From Octopus vulgaris (Eukaryota), in the NCBI GenBank assembly GCA_951406725.2, contig OX597827.1:4154001-4218000 (forward strand): DNA of 64,000 nt. Reading direction: 5' to 3'. The notes under the pieces are model-generated. The model was not told the origin of the DNA and did no database searches. It worked only from the letters and a program-made list of their open reading frames with translations. Within the stretch, counting starts at the first letter, position 1. Every line of letters starts with the position of its first letter. The position numbers and the translations under genes are program-made. Of this stretch, positions 27,039 through 42,212 are shown piece after piece.

Positions 27039-27709
27039 TGATTTCATCATCGCCATTAACGTGATCTTTCCTATGATAACTGCAGTTATCTCACTAGGAA
27101 GAGTGTGCCAGTGATACCCAATCCTGGAACAAAAACTGTATCTCATTTGAGCTAATATATTTCATAATTACTTTTAAGGTATGTGAAGCTAAGTAAAATT
27201 GCTGTCATCCATACAGGTATGTCCTTTACAGGTGTTGGTACCATGTAAAATACATTCATGCTGCATAAGTGCATCTGTGCTGGTGGCACATAAAAAGCAA
27301 CAAGCATACACTGTAAAGTGGTTGGCAGTAGGGAGGGCATCCAATTGCAAAAACCATTCCACAACAGACAACTGGCCTGCTCCCTGGCTGGCCAGCTCCT
27401 GTCAAACCTATTTCTTTACTACCCAGAAGGGGCTAAACACAGAGGGGACAAACAAGGACAGACACACGGATCAAGTCGATTACATCAACACAAGTGCGTA
27501 ACTGGTACTTAATTTATCGACCCCGAAAGGATGAAAGGCAAAGTCGACCTCGGCGGAATTTGAACACAGAACGTAACGGCAGGCGACATACCGCTAAGCA
27601 TTTCACCCGGCGTGCTAACGTCAGCTCCTGTCAAACCATCCAACTCATGCCAGTAGGGAGAACAGACAGTAAACAATGATGATGATGATGAATTCTTTCC
27701 TAATATTCA

Positions 27710-28560
27710 TAACATAATCCACCAATTTAATACATTTGTAGTTACTGATTTCTTTAGACCACCACATTTGATCTTGTAAACAGTTGATGACATACTGCTA
27801 TGTCAGTCAATCAGTATGACACCTTGCACCATCTGAAAAACTATGCAAGTGACTTGTGTTTGCGGAATGTTTGAAGCACCTCATCAACCGTCTCTGGGAG
27901 TGAGGTTGTTTACCTTCCTGTCATTTCCTTAAAGGCGATTTTGACCTGGAAACTGTCAACATCAATATGTTTGAATGGATTAGTCCCTTTATCTTACAAG
28001 CATTCTCCTATTTCTAATGACTTCTCACAATAATATTTGAATGCTTCTATTTTCAGTGTCAGTGAGGGCATGCATGCCACTACCAACACGCTTCTCACTA
28101 ATAAAATCATGATTTATACTGACACACTGTTGTGCCAACTGAAACACCTCACTTCTCTGATACTCACACAACACAATATTGGCAAGCTTCTTCTCTCTCC
28201 TTCTCTCCTTGATAAGAATAGATGACATCTAGCCCCACTTCCAGTGACATAACTATCACCATTGTTTCACTCTTTCCTCCCACACTTTTTTTGACATGTC
28301 ACTTGAATTTTAGGGTTCTATCTACCATACTATACCATCAACATGGGATTTTACAACTGGCTGAAATCTTGCTCCAGTCACACATCTGATCAGTGGCTTG
28401 CAACAGGTTGTTTTAGAGAAACTTCCAGTTGTTCTTTGTGATACACATCTATCTTCTTTATCTCCTTTTGGCATAAATATCATCTAGTGCTTCTTTGAAA
28501 ATGGCTAAGGAATATTTCAGTTCCGTATATTCACCAGATCGTCTTATGATTCTGGGGCCA
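27710..28560 (-). mobile_element. Degenerate RTE-clade LINE fragment
   Basis: RSEVFQLAQQCVSINHDFISEKRV aligns by eye to RTEVFWIARQCVRENCDVTREKCV of the 44899-45611 fragment. Many stops. Confidence 0.55.
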
Positions 28561-28687
28561 TTAAGCAATTTTTAATATCACCAATAATAAGTTGATATAG
28601 AGTTGTTCGTTTTCCATTAGAGATATATACATACACATAAGCACACACATAAACAGATGCAAACCTATACACACAAATATATATATG

Positions 28688-29557
28688 CAGGGTGTGGTGA
28701 ATAAACTGTCATCTAAATTATGCAAAAATGAAAATAACACTGGCATTTACCAAAATTACATAAAAATGTCTTGAAATACTAAAGAGTAAATTTAATTCAA
28801 TAAAATCGCCATTGGCATCAACCATGTCCTCCAGATGACTTCAGATTCTCCTGCAACTCTTCTGGATGGTCTCCTTGTTTAAGTTTGTGATGCTACAATA
28901 ATCCTTGCCTTCAGTTCATCTTTGGTGTTATAAGGAATTTTGGTGGTCTCTCACTCAACTGCACCCCACACATAATAATCACAGAGTTTGCTGTCTGGGG
29001 AGTTAGGTGGCCAGATGTTAGGGGTGGTGTGGTCACAGAAATTGTCTGACAGCCACGACTGGGTTCTCCTGTTTGTGTGGCATGGTGCAGATACCTGTTG
29101 CCAGACATAGGGTCTTCCAGCAACCACCCTCTTGACCAAGATCGGCACTACCTCCTCCAGGCACTTGATGTAGGCCACTGTGTTGAGTGTGAACCTGAGT
29201 GAGAAGATGAATGGAGGCATAACGTTGCCATCACTAGTTATCACTCCAAAAACCATGATGTTGACTACATGTTTGATTTTGATCACTCATGGTATATGTC
29301 CTCAGATTGCACTGCTCTCAGTTTGACACCCAAACACTCTGAAATGTTCGTATTGGAGCTTCCGGTATGAATACTAAGCAGTATAGTATGTCATTTCCAA
29401 ATTTCTGACAGAGTGAATTGCGTCATAGTGCTGTTTTTCTTACAGATGGTGCTCAACTGACCCTACTATACTCTGTAGTTGACAAAATCAAAAACAAACA
29501 ATGCACATGCATGAAATTAAAAAAATAAAATGGTGACAAGTTACTCATCACACCCTG
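28688..29557 (-). mobile_element. maT (DD37D) Tc1/mariner-superfamily element, internally deleted
   Basis: TIRs CAGGGTGTGRTGARTAA at both ends in TA context. Transposase remnant IMVFGVITSDGNVMPPFIF...WQQ(V)SAPCHT...WPPNSPDSKLCDYYVWG has 37 residues between the 2nd (mutated) and 3rd catalytic positions. Confidence 0.85.
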
Positions 29558-29706
29558 TATATATACATATATATGTGTGTAGATATATATATCTACATAT
29601 ATATATATATATGCATACATATATATATATTTATATATATGTATACACTCAGACACATACATATGCATATATACTCACACACATACACGCACATGCATAT
29701 ATGTAC

Positions 29707-29752
<46 letters not shown>

Positions 29753-29989
29753 GAACTTTTTAATCCGAGGGGAAGCAATGTGAGCAGCAACTAAAGGAAT
29801 ATTACAAAATCCACAGAAAGATCAAACACATACATACATTCATATATTCATTTATATCTACAGAACAGATATAAAGACTGAAGTGTATACAGCTCATTTG
29901 AGCACTACTATTCCAGTCTGTTATATATTTTGATTGTTGTTGTCACTAGCGATCTCAAGATAAAACTTTGTATTTTGTAATATATAAAT

Positions 29990-30620
29990 AAATGTATGTG
30001 CGTGTATGTATATATCATAAATGTAAACACAGGCTAGTGGCATCAAAAACAATGGCAAGCTACTAATACAGTTCCAATTCATCGACAACGTCATACTCAT
30101 CAAAGAAAACACAGATGCCATGCAGACTATGCTGACAGAGCTGGACATTCAGAGTTCAGCAGTTGTCCTCAAAATAAAACAGATAATTGTAAATTACATG
30201 TGGTCTGAAAATGGAGCATAAGGCCAAATAGTTTTGGAAAGTGGAGGTGAAAAGATGGAGGAGGATTTGGTATAAACTGCAACTTATGCTGTGATATGAA
30301 TGCTGGAATCTGAGACAAAGTAAGAAGAGAGTGTATTAACCTTGATTAAAGATGTTTTTAGTCAAAAATGTAGAATGAATGATGTGGTCAGTTTATTGAA
30401 AACACAAGTTCTGCTGGGCCAGGCATGTTGCAAAGCTTACAAGCAACAGCTGGAGCGCACAGTTGTCAAGTGGTATCTGAGAAATGAGGAGAGACTACTT
30501 GAAAAATGTTCGAAATAATGGAAGGAAGACAGCCAAAATATTCAGTTCTCAATGGAAGAGATGGGTGCAATCAAGTACATTGTGACAATATATGTATAAA
30601 TACATTAGAATGTCTGATTG
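29990..30620 (+). mobile_element. Highly decayed RTE-like RT fragment
   Basis: QFIDNVILIKENTDAMQTMLTELDIQSSAVVLKIK resembles the RT FADD region. Many stops. Confidence 0.35.
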
Positions 30621-30636
30621 ATAGAGTGATAGAGCA

Positions 30637-30683
<47 letters not shown>

Positions 30684-31106
30684 AAACATACACACAAACA
30701 TGTACAAATATTTACATATACATTAGACACATGCACTCACATATACACACACATATATATGCATATAAGCAGATATGTGCCAAAAAGTGTGAATAGCTCA
30801 GCCAAGGGCAAAACTCTTGAGTAAACTTCAAACTTTGATATGATAAACATACACTTCTATATATATATAATATATGTGTGTGCGTGGTGAGGGCTGTTTA
30901 TATATATATATATTTAAATACTTATGCCAGTGACATGTAAAAGATACCCATGCCAGTGACAGTGACACGTAAAAGGTATGCATGCCAATCACCTGTAAAA
31001 GACACCCAGTACACTCTGTAAAGTGGTTGGCATCAGGAAGAGCATCCAGAAGACTGGAGCCTGGTGCAGCTTTCTGGCTTACTAGTGCTGGTCGAACTCT
31101 CTAGCC

Positions 31107-31381
31107 CAGTGATTCCCAAAGTGGGCGGTATTGACCCTCTGGGAGTGGTAGAAAGTTTCAAGGGGTCGTTGAAAAAAAGTGGGGCAATAATGGGGCAGTA
31201 ATTCATGTAAAAACAACAAAATAATGGGTTCATTAGGTTAAGTTTTATTTGTGAAATACAGTTGCTTTGAATTTGCTTCAGAGAGAGGTCTATGGTTGTG
31301 ATGGTTAGTTGGGGTTGGAGCACTAGAAATGGGGCCTGAGTGTCAAGGGGGTAGCAGCCCAAAAAAGTCTGGTGACCACTG
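31107..31381. mobile_element. hAT (Charlie-like) MITE
   Basis: Termini CAGTGATTCCCAAA / TCTGGTGACCACTG. Imperfect 8-bp TSD CTCTAGCC / TTCTAACC (NTCTAGAN-type target). It interrupts a copy of the RTE-tail retroposon. Confidence 0.7.
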
Positions 31382-31594
31382 TTCTAACCTATGACAGTAT
31401 CAAAAATGGACATTAAATAATGATGATGATGCATAATGATGTTGATGCTGACGTCCTTCTTGAAATTATGACTGAATCTCAACTCTTTTGAAAAGCAGGT
31501 AAGGGTTGGCGACAGGAAGAGCATCTAGCAGTAAAACTCCTTCAAAGAGCTCACTGTCCACCCAATGATACCAAGAAAATACAGATGAGCGATA

Positions 31595-31702
<108 letters not shown>

Positions 31703-32026
31703 TACACACAAATATATGCTTTATCTTTTATTTGTTTCATTTCTGAACTGTGACCCTGCTGGGGTTCTGTCTGGAAGGATTTCCATGCTGGCAAAGGTTA
31801 GATGTTTTGACGTGACCCATCAAGTTGGAGAAGTACATCTTTTGCAAATTTAGCTCTGTTTTAACATGGTTTCTGCAGTTTGATACCCTTCTTAACAATA
31901 ACCACTTCATGGCATCAGCATTAATGAGGTGTCCTTGTAAATTACAAGACTATAAACCTCTGTTGACTGAGTGATAATATACAAATATAGATATATATGT
32001 GTGTGTGTGTGTGTGTGTATACATAT

Positions 32027-32073
<47 letters not shown>

Positions 32074-32129
32074 TATATATATATATATAGATATATATGT
32101 ACATATATTTATATATGTACATATATATA

Positions 32130-32201
<72 letters not shown>

Positions 32202-32687
32202 TAGATAGATAGATATATATATATGTATATGGCGTTATCAAGAGCATCCTTGTATATAAATATACATATACATATATATATATATAAATATACATATACA
32301 GATATATATATATACATATACATATGTATACATATATATATATGTATACATGTATATATACATATATATGTATTCATATCTATATCTGTCTATATATATA
32401 TGTACACATATATATATATGTATACACACATATATATGTAGATATATATACATATATATATCACCATGACCGACCAGGCTATCAGATATTGCTACACATC
32501 GCCGGTCACAATGCACTTCACATTGTTTTAGCCTTTAAATGACACCACCCCGCTGGCTAAGCAAGCAGGCCAACATATATATATAAACATACATATATGT
32601 ACACATAAATATATATTTATGTATAAATATATATATATATATAGGTACATATACATATATAGGTGTAGATATTAATACATACATACA

Positions 32688-32740
<53 letters not shown>

Positions 32741-32981
32741 TCATCATCATCATCGTTTAACGTCCATTTTCCGTGTTAGCACAGGTTGGACGGCAAGGAT
32801 GTGACAAGGTAGAAAATTATTCAATTGTAGTGTTGTAGTGATGTAGGTAGCTGAATATCTGAATATGATTTGATACATTAACTATTACAAAGGTAAGACC
32901 TACATACTGGATTATCATGTAGTCTGCTAGCCAAGTCCACTAGAGGAGCTTTATGTGATTGCCATATGAGTCAATGAATCC

Positions 32982-33041
<60 letters not shown>

Positions 33042-33683
33042 ATAGATAGATAGACAGATAGATAGATAGATAAACACTCACATACACTTATATACATTGA
33101 TATGGGAGTGTATGTTTTTATACATAGACATTCATAAATATGTAGACACACACCCACATGTATATGTAATGTATCCCTATCTCTCATGTGTAATTTTTCT
33201 CAGATAAATCGTGTCCAGATCTATTTAAAATGACCAACATGTGGCTTACACCCTGAGCTTCTTGGTTGGCTTCCACTGCATTTCCCTTTCAACAAGTGTC
33301 TTCAGATTTAGCTCTGAGCCAACCAAAAGAAAATGAATGGCTTTGCTAGACAGAAACTGTATTGAATCCCATCGTATATCTTTGTGTCTTTGCTGTATCT
33401 GTGTGTGTGTGTGTGCGCATGCATGCCTGTGTGCGTGTGCATGCCTGTGTATATGAGTCTTTGTGCTTGTATTTCCCCTTGTCACTACTTAAAAACAGGT
33501 GTTACTTTGCTTATGTCCCCATAGCATTGGTTTAGCAAAAATAGAATAAGCACCAGACTTTAAAAAAATAATTACTGAAGTTCATTATTTCTTTTTTGAT
33601 TAAACTCTTCAAGGCAGTGCTCCAGAATGGCCAGTCTAATGAGTGTAACTTGTGAAAGGTTATGTGTATTATGTGCATATATA

Positions 33684-34253
33684 AAAGGGGGTGCCAAAAA
33701 GTTCTTGGCTTTAAGGGTATTGCGAAAGGCCTGGTCAGACGCTCAAACTTCCGAGTTCTTTTACAGGTCTTAAAAAACCGATCTACTGCTGCAAACAGTT
33801 TGTGAATCTGAGAGGGGAATGTGTTGAATGGAATCATAATTAATTGATCCTCCTCTACTAATGATATTGAGTAATTCTTCAGCCTGATGTTAAGTTGTTT
33901 GTATTATAACTCAATATAAAAATAAACAATAATATAGATATGTATGTAGGTATGTGTGTATATGTGTAAGCATATATATATATATATATATATACATACA
34001 TAAATGTATATATGTGTATATATATATATATATGTGTGTATTTGTATGGGTGTGCATATATATATGTATTTATATATGTATGTGTGTGTATATATATAGA
34101 TGTGTATGCATGTGTGTGTGTGTATATATATATATATACATATGCATATATATATGTATATGTATATTTATATACAAGGATGCCCTTGGTAACGCCATAT
34201 ACACATATCTATTTTCTTTTACCCAAAGCCAGGAACTTTTCAGCACCCCCTCG
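33684..34253 (+). mobile_element. Mariner MITE-like remnant interrupted by a ~350-bp insertion
   Basis: TIRs GGGGGTGCCAAAAAGTTCTTGGCTTT / AAAGCCAGGAACTTTTCAGCACCCCCTCG-TA. The C-terminal remnant VNLRGECVE is mariner-like. Confidence 0.7.
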
Positions 34254-34772
34254 TACGCATGTTTTTGTGACTGTGCATCAACATGCATTGCGTATCTGCG
34301 CTTGTGCTTATGACATGCCACTTGTTGACCAGTAGCTGAGCCGTTTGTGAAACAGAGATCTGTAGAAATAATAATGATAATAATAAGGTCCACACTAAGA
34401 TGATTACTGAGGTTTGTATGATAGATTATAACCATTGAATTTGAAGCCCCAACAATTCAGTGATTGGAACCTGTAACGCAGCAGTGAGAAAACAAGTTGT
34501 ATTGGATACGTCTCTTCCTTAGATTTCACTGGAAGTTTGAACAGAAGAGATATGCCTGCATTGCTAAGTGGCTACCTTCCACTAAAAACTCTGGCCAGCC
34601 CTGTGCTTTAGAAGGGGGCTTTTATGAGTAATAATAAAAAAAAATGAAGAACTTTTTGACAGACATTACCAAAGAAAACTAAAATAAAATACACACGCAT
34701 ACACAAACAGACATGCACACACGCACACAATACACATGTAATATGTGCATATGCAAGTATACATGAAATATA

Positions 34773-34805
<33 letters not shown>

Positions 34806-34843
34806 CTTATATATATATATATATATAAGTATATGTATATATA

Positions 34844-34897
<54 letters not shown>

Positions 34898-35251
34898 GTA
34901 TATGAATATATATACATATGTGAGTTTATACATATATACATATATATATATATGATATTTATAACATATGTGAATGTGTGTGTATGTATGTATACATGCA
35001 ATATGTGTATATATGTGTGTGTGTGATTTTCTACACATTGTTCTATTGATTATTTCCTTCCAATAGCAATAAATACTACCCATTAGTACAGAGTATAAAC
35101 AAAAATAGAAAATAGGAACCACAAAAATAATAAAAAGAATGGACATCATCATGACAACCAACGAAAATTAGAATTAACGTCCATAAAACTTTTACACAGC
35201 CATACCGAAATATAGAGCCCACATGACAACCAGTATATCTTCGTCTGTCTG

Positions 35252-35389
<138 letters not shown>

Positions 35390-35390
35390 A

Positions 35391-35438
<48 letters not shown>

Positions 35439-35694
35439 GTCTGTCTGTCTGTCAATCTATCTATCTATCCGTCTGTCCGTCTGTCTGTCTGTCTCTTTGT
35501 CTATCTGTCTGTCTGTTGTCTGTCTTGCTCCATGCACACATATGACGTAGATGTAAGTATGTTTCACACACATTCACAAATGCATACACACTCTTAAACA
35601 CACATATACATACACACACACATATCTCTATATATCTGTATACATATGTGTGTGTATGTGTTTGTACATACATATATATGTCTACACATACACT

Positions 35695-35727
<33 letters not shown>

Positions 35728-36506
35728 ATATATATTTGTATATGTGTATTTGTGTATATATATCTATTTATGTATATGTATATATAATTATATATTTATT
35801 TATTATTTTTTTTTACTACCCACAAGGGGCTAAACACAGAGGGGACAAACAAGGACAGATACCGACCCCAGTGTGTAACTGGTACTTAATTTATCGACCC
35901 CGAAAGGATGAAAGGCAAAGTCGACCTCAGCGGAATTTGAACTCAGAACGTAACGGCAGATGAAATACGGCTACGCATTTCGCCCAGCATGCTAGACACA
36001 TTCATACACATGCATATATATATTTTAGTTAGTGTATATGCTGATATATGTATGTAATAACAACTTTAAAATGATGCCAGAGATTAAAATAAAAAACAAC
36101 ACAGTATGATATCCATTATCAGTAGCAAGTTAACACAAACCATTTAGTTTTGAGTTTGCCTTAAGTGACTAATATATATTATAATATATTTATATTTCTT
36201 CATGTGTATGGCCAAAACTTCGAAGTCACAGTTACCTCTGTTCTTGTAAAAATAAGATAAAATAATTATATACTCTACTAATAACACTGAGTAATTCTTC
36301 AGTCTGATGTTAAGTTCTTTGTATTATAACTCAATATAAAAATAAACAATAATATAGATGTATGTATGTATGTATATATATATATACATACAAATATGTA
36401 TATATGTGTATATATATGTATATGTGTGTATTTGTATGGGTGTGCATATATATATATGTATTTATATATGTATGTGTGTGTATATATATATGTGTGTATG
36501 CATGTG

Positions 36507-36545
<39 letters not shown>

Positions 36546-36554
36546 ATATATGTA

Positions 36555-36597
<43 letters not shown>

Positions 36598-37322
36598 CTA
36601 TATATGTAGGTATGCGTGTGTGTGTATATATATATATATATACATACTTGTATGTATGTATGTATATCAAAGAAAGAAGACAATTCCCTTTAAAAGCTGG
36701 ACTTAAATAGTTTGTCAGTGTCTTTAGTTTTAACTTCTAAAAAAAGCTTGTGATTCCGACTGACAATACTTATGACAATAGTAATATTAATAGTAATAAT
36801 AATAATAATAAGAAGAAGAAGAAGAAGAAGAAGAAGAGGAGAAGAAGTAGAAGAAGAAGAAGAAGAAGAAGAAGAAGAAGAAGAAGAAGAAGAAGAAGAA
36901 GAAGAAGAAGAAGAGCAACAACAACAACAACAACTAAAATAATGACAAAACTGATACAGCTCTAATGAATACTAATATTCCAATCTAAAAATGTAATTTT
37001 TTGTTAATAATTTTCCTATTGGTTACTGAACTGGCTTCCCTGTTGCTTAGGTCAACTTATACCAATTTTCTGTTTCCTCTATGTTTATGCATGCGAGTGC
37101 ACATGTGAGTGCAAATGTATGATTGCGTGTGTATGAATGTGTGAGCATGTGTCTATGCATTTGTGTGTATGTGTGTGTTTGAGAGAGTTTTTAGAAAGAA
37201 TGTTTTATAAGATTTTCATACACCATGTGTAGGGAATGTTTGTGAATTCTGTTTGTCGATTTTTAAATTATATTTTGATAGTAAAGTTTAAGTTGGCATC
37301 TGCATACACACATGCACACACA

Positions 37323-37377
<55 letters not shown>

Positions 37378-37581
37378 ACATATATAAACACATATATGTT
37401 TGTATACTTATATATACATATATGTGTGTGTCTATATATATACATTTATACATACATGCATCCATGTATGTATCTATATATATATATATACATGTATGTA
37501 TATATATATCTATATATATATGTATGTATATATACATACATACATGTGTGTGTATATATATATATATATAGATATATACAT

Positions 37582-37646
<65 letters not shown>

Positions 37647-37826
37647 CACATGCATACATGAATGTGTACATACCTACATTCATTCATATATATAAATATA
37701 CGTATGTATGTGTGTATGTATGTGGTTGTGTCTTTGTGCCTATAAGTAAGTATGTCTGATTGTAGTTTGACTGGAAGGAAGGAGATGAAGAAGATTGAAA
37801 TGGATCAAAATTTTAAAGAAACTCAC

Positions 37827-38188
37827 ACTAAATTTTTGGTCAGATCCTGTCCAGCGTTGGTTAGTTGAGTGTGATGTGTATCCTTTTGTAGAGTTGTACA
37901 TTGAATGCTGGCTGCTGTTTTATGCTGCCTGTGTTGTGTGTTGGCTTGGTCTGTTAGTGATGGATATAGATAACAGCGAGTGAGTGAGTGAGTGAGTGAG
38001 TGAGTGAGTGTGTCAATGAATGACTGAGCATGTGAATGAATGAGGAGTGATAAGGAAAGAAAGAAAGAAATTCTGAGACAGTAAAGAGACAGTAAAACTA
38101 TGATAATTTTTAAATAAAAGAGGGAAAAGAAGGGAAAATGAATGTAAGAGAGAAAAAAGAACAAGTAACAAAACACAGGGATAGAAAC

Positions 38189-38244
<56 letters not shown>

Positions 38245-38390
38245 GAGAAAATGCAAGCAAGATAGATAGATAGAGGAGTAAAGGAGGCAAAAAAGAAAGA
38301 GAGAAAGTAGAAGAGGCGGGGAAGAGGGAGAACGAAGTCTGAAATCCTATGAAGTATAGTGTGTATGTAATGTCTGCTGCAACCAATGAC
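37827..38390 (-). promoter_or_regulatory. Candidate promoter and non-coding first exon of the protocadherin
   Basis: Unique sequence ending in donor AGT|GTGAGTT (exon end 37827), Inr-like TCAGTC at 38027-38022, a (GA)n tract at ~38190-38240 and CCAAT at 38383-38387. The acceptor at 17815 requires some upstream exon. Confidence 0.35.
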
Positions 38391-38781
38391 AGGCTGTTTA
38401 TGGTTCCCATGGAAGGGAAATGGAAACGAAGCTTTGGATTTCTGCTACACAAAAGTAGATTTAATGTATAAAATAAAGTAAAATAAGGAATAATAACAAA
38501 AGTAGAAAAAAAAAAGAAAATTTAAAATAGCAAGAAAAAATAGAGTCATTTATAATCCTATAAATACACACCACATCACGTACATGCATATTTTTATTCA
38601 AGTTAAGTTTTTACTCTCCTAATGTTATCTTAAAATAATTTCTTTTTTATTACTTTTTTTATATTTCTACAGCATAATTTTTTTTTTTTTTTAGCTGTAT
38701 ATGTGTATATATATTTATTCTACACTTTGAAAAATAAAGAATATGACTTTAACAAAAATAATAATGATAATAATAATGGTG

Positions 38782-38860
<79 letters not shown>

Positions 38861-39339
38861 CACCTCCCTCCACCAACTTTTAGCAAATCCAATAAATTTT
38901 TTTTTATGATTTTTTTTTCTTTTTTTTAAGTTTGTAAAAATAAGCAAAAAGGAGTAAATATAGATGTAAGGAAAAAATGATAAATAAAGCAATATTCATA
39001 AAAATATTTCAAACAACCATTTATTTTGTGTTCAACATAGTGTAAATATTCAGTTGATTTTTAAATAACAATTTGAATTAACTTCTAGTCTCTCTTTCCC
39101 TTTCATACACACTTTCTCTCTCTCTCTCTCTCTCTGTCTTTCTATTTATCTCACACTTTCTCTCTCTCTCTCTCTCTCTCTCTCCCTCGCTCAACCACTT
39201 ATATACATTGCATATATGCATGTGAGTTTTGTAAGTATATAGAAACATACACACATGCACAAAAGCAAACATGTATATAGATATAGATAGATAAATAAAT
39301 ATATATGTGAGTGTATATCTATCTATCTATCTATCTATC

Positions 39340-39388
<49 letters not shown>

Positions 39389-39879
39389 TCAAGCATATCT
39401 GTGTATACATAAATAAGTATTTTTATGTACATACATGTTTGTGTGTGTGAATGCATTTATATACATTCTTAGATACAGTTATGTTAAAAAATATATAAAC
39501 TTGCAAAATGTAATACACACATATATATATATATATATAAATACACACACACACACAGAGGTTTGGCGATGCAAAAGAGCTTGAACTCAAAGAATGAGTA
39601 TATGTATCCATCTTTTTATATTAATGATTGGAAGTATTTACAAAGTGACTCAAGGGGTGAGAGTATTCTGTGTTGGCAACACATGAAGATCTTGGCCCTT
39701 GAGACACTAACTTTTGCTGATTATTAATAAAAAAATAGTGTGTATCTATATACATATATATACATGAAACATACATTTATCTAAATATATATATGTATGT
39801 ACATATATCCACACACACACACATGCATACATGTATACACACACACACACACACATACATATATATAAAATAAATATTC

Positions 39880-40110
39880 CTTCTCGAGCCATAACGGGCA
39901 CATAAGGGCCAGTTTCACAGTTTCAGTGGCGTAGAAATTCCCACCCGTCCATCGCAGGATTACTCATTTTTGCCAGTTGAGCAGACTGGAGCAACGTGAA
40001 ATGAAGCGTTTTGCTCAAGAACACAATGCATCGCCCGGTCCAGGAATTGAAACCACAACCTTATGATCATGAGTTCAACATTCTCACCACTAAGCCACGT
40101 GGCTCCACTA
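39880..40110 (-). mobile_element. tRNA-derived SINE family D
   Basis: Head GTGGAGCCACGTGGCTTAGTGGTGAG...GGTTTCAATTCCTGGACC...TGTGTTCTTGAGCAA...CACGTTGCTCCAGT. Related copies at 51673-52008 (+) and 57017-57277 (-). Confidence 0.7.
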
Positions 40111-40207
40111 CATATATATATATATATGTGAATATATATATATGAGTATATATATACATATATATATATAAAAATATATATATACATATATATATATAAA
40201 TATATAT

Positions 40208-40236
<29 letters not shown>

Positions 40237-40257
<21 letters not shown>

Positions 40258-40494
40258 TCGGGGAGTGGTTGGCGCTAGGAAAGGCAATCACCTGTAGAAA
40301 CACTGCCAGATCAGACTGGAGCCTGGTGCAGCCCCTGGCTTCCCAGACCCCGTGCTAGCACTGGTTGGACGGTTCGACCGGGGTCTGGGAAGCCAGGGGC
40401 TGCACCAGGCTCCAGTCTGATCTGGCAGTGTTTCTACAGGTGATTGCCCTTCCTAGCGCCAACCACTCCCCGAGTGTATATATATATATATATA
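40237..40494. repeat. Near-perfect inverted repeat (98-bp arms plus TA flanks, 26-bp spacer)
   Basis: 40255-40352 is the reverse complement of 40379-40476 with one mismatch seen. Confidence 0.9.
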
Positions 40495-41019
40495 CACGGT
40501 GGTCTTCTTTCAGTTTCCAAAACACAGATACCTGTATACATGCACACACAAACATCTATATTCTGAATACACTGCATATTTGTTTGGCATGGTTAAATCT
40601 GGACAGACATGGGAACAAATCACGAATACAAACCTCAGAGAACAGTAGCATGCATCAAGAGTGTATCAAGAGTGAAGTAAATCATGTGAAAATATGTTGT
40701 GTGGTAGACCTAGCCAACCTATATCATTTGGGAACCTTTGACACGTTCTAAATGTGCTGAATGATACCATTACAAATACACATACCTACGCATGTCGTTA
40801 TGCACACACATACACCCACATATACTTATGCATGCCCACACACATAGATATATATATATGTATCATTGTCTACATCATCATCATTTAACATCCATTTTCC
40901 AGGCTGGCATGTGTTGGACAGCTTCACAGGAGCTGGTGGTACCAGGGGCATACCAGGTTCCAAAGTTTGTTTTAGCTTGATTTCTACTGATGGAAACCAT
41001 ATATATATATATATTTTTT

Positions 41020-41412
41020 TTTTTACTTGTTTCAGTCATTTGACTGCGGCCATGCTGGAGCACCGCCTTTAGTCGAGCAAACCGACCCTGGGACTTATTC
41101 TTTGTAAGCCCAGTACTTATTCTATCGGTCCCTTTTGCCGAACCGCTAGGTGACGGTGACGTAAACACACCAGCATCGGTTGTCAAGCAATGCTAGGGGG
41201 ACAAACACAGACACACAAACACACATACACACACACATATATATATACATATATACGACAGGCTTCTTTCAGTTTCCGTCTACCAAATCCCCTCACAAGG
41301 CATTGGTCGGCCCGGGACTATAGCAGAAGACACTTGCCCAAGATGCCACGCAGTGGGACTGAACCCGGAACCATGTGGTTGGTTAGCAAGCTGCTTACCA
41401 CACAGCCACTCC
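41020..41412 (-). mobile_element. SINE family A, young CpG-rich copy
   Basis: Full head, core and tail with CpGs retained. Confidence 0.85.
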
Positions 41413-41898
41413 TATATATACTACTAATATAGGATGAAGGTTTTTTTACAGATTCCTCGATTTCAGCACAACGTATTTCTGTAGTGGGTATATAATAATA
41501 TGTGGAAATTGACGATTTAAAAGTCTGTTATCAGCATATTGGCATAGAAATAATTTTCTTTTGCCCTGGTGTATAAGTTGTATATATATATATATACTAT
41601 ACACACATATATGCATACACACAGAGACATACATGCACTCACACACACAGATATAAATCTATGTATCTATATCATATATGACAATTTATGATGGTCACAA
41701 GTTTATAATATTTTTAGATACTCTGCATTGAATGTTCCAAGTGCAATGGGATGTTTAACTGCATCAGATCATCAGGGAAAAACTTTATTGCATTTTGCTG
41801 TGGAGAACTAATGTCTGGTGTTGGATAGATGGTATGACAGTTTATGTATATTTTGATAGGGAAATAGAAAAGAGACTAAGAATATGTGTGTGAGTGCG

Positions 41899-41930
<32 letters not shown>

Positions 41931-42006
41931 TATATACGCACTCATACATAGATGTGTGCATACATACATAGATACATATACACATATATATATACATTCA
42001 CATATG

Positions 42007-42103
<97 letters not shown>

Positions 42104-42164
42104 GTGAATGTATATATGTATGTATGTATCTATGTATGTATGCACACACAAACACACATACCCA

Positions 42165-42212
<48 letters not shown>

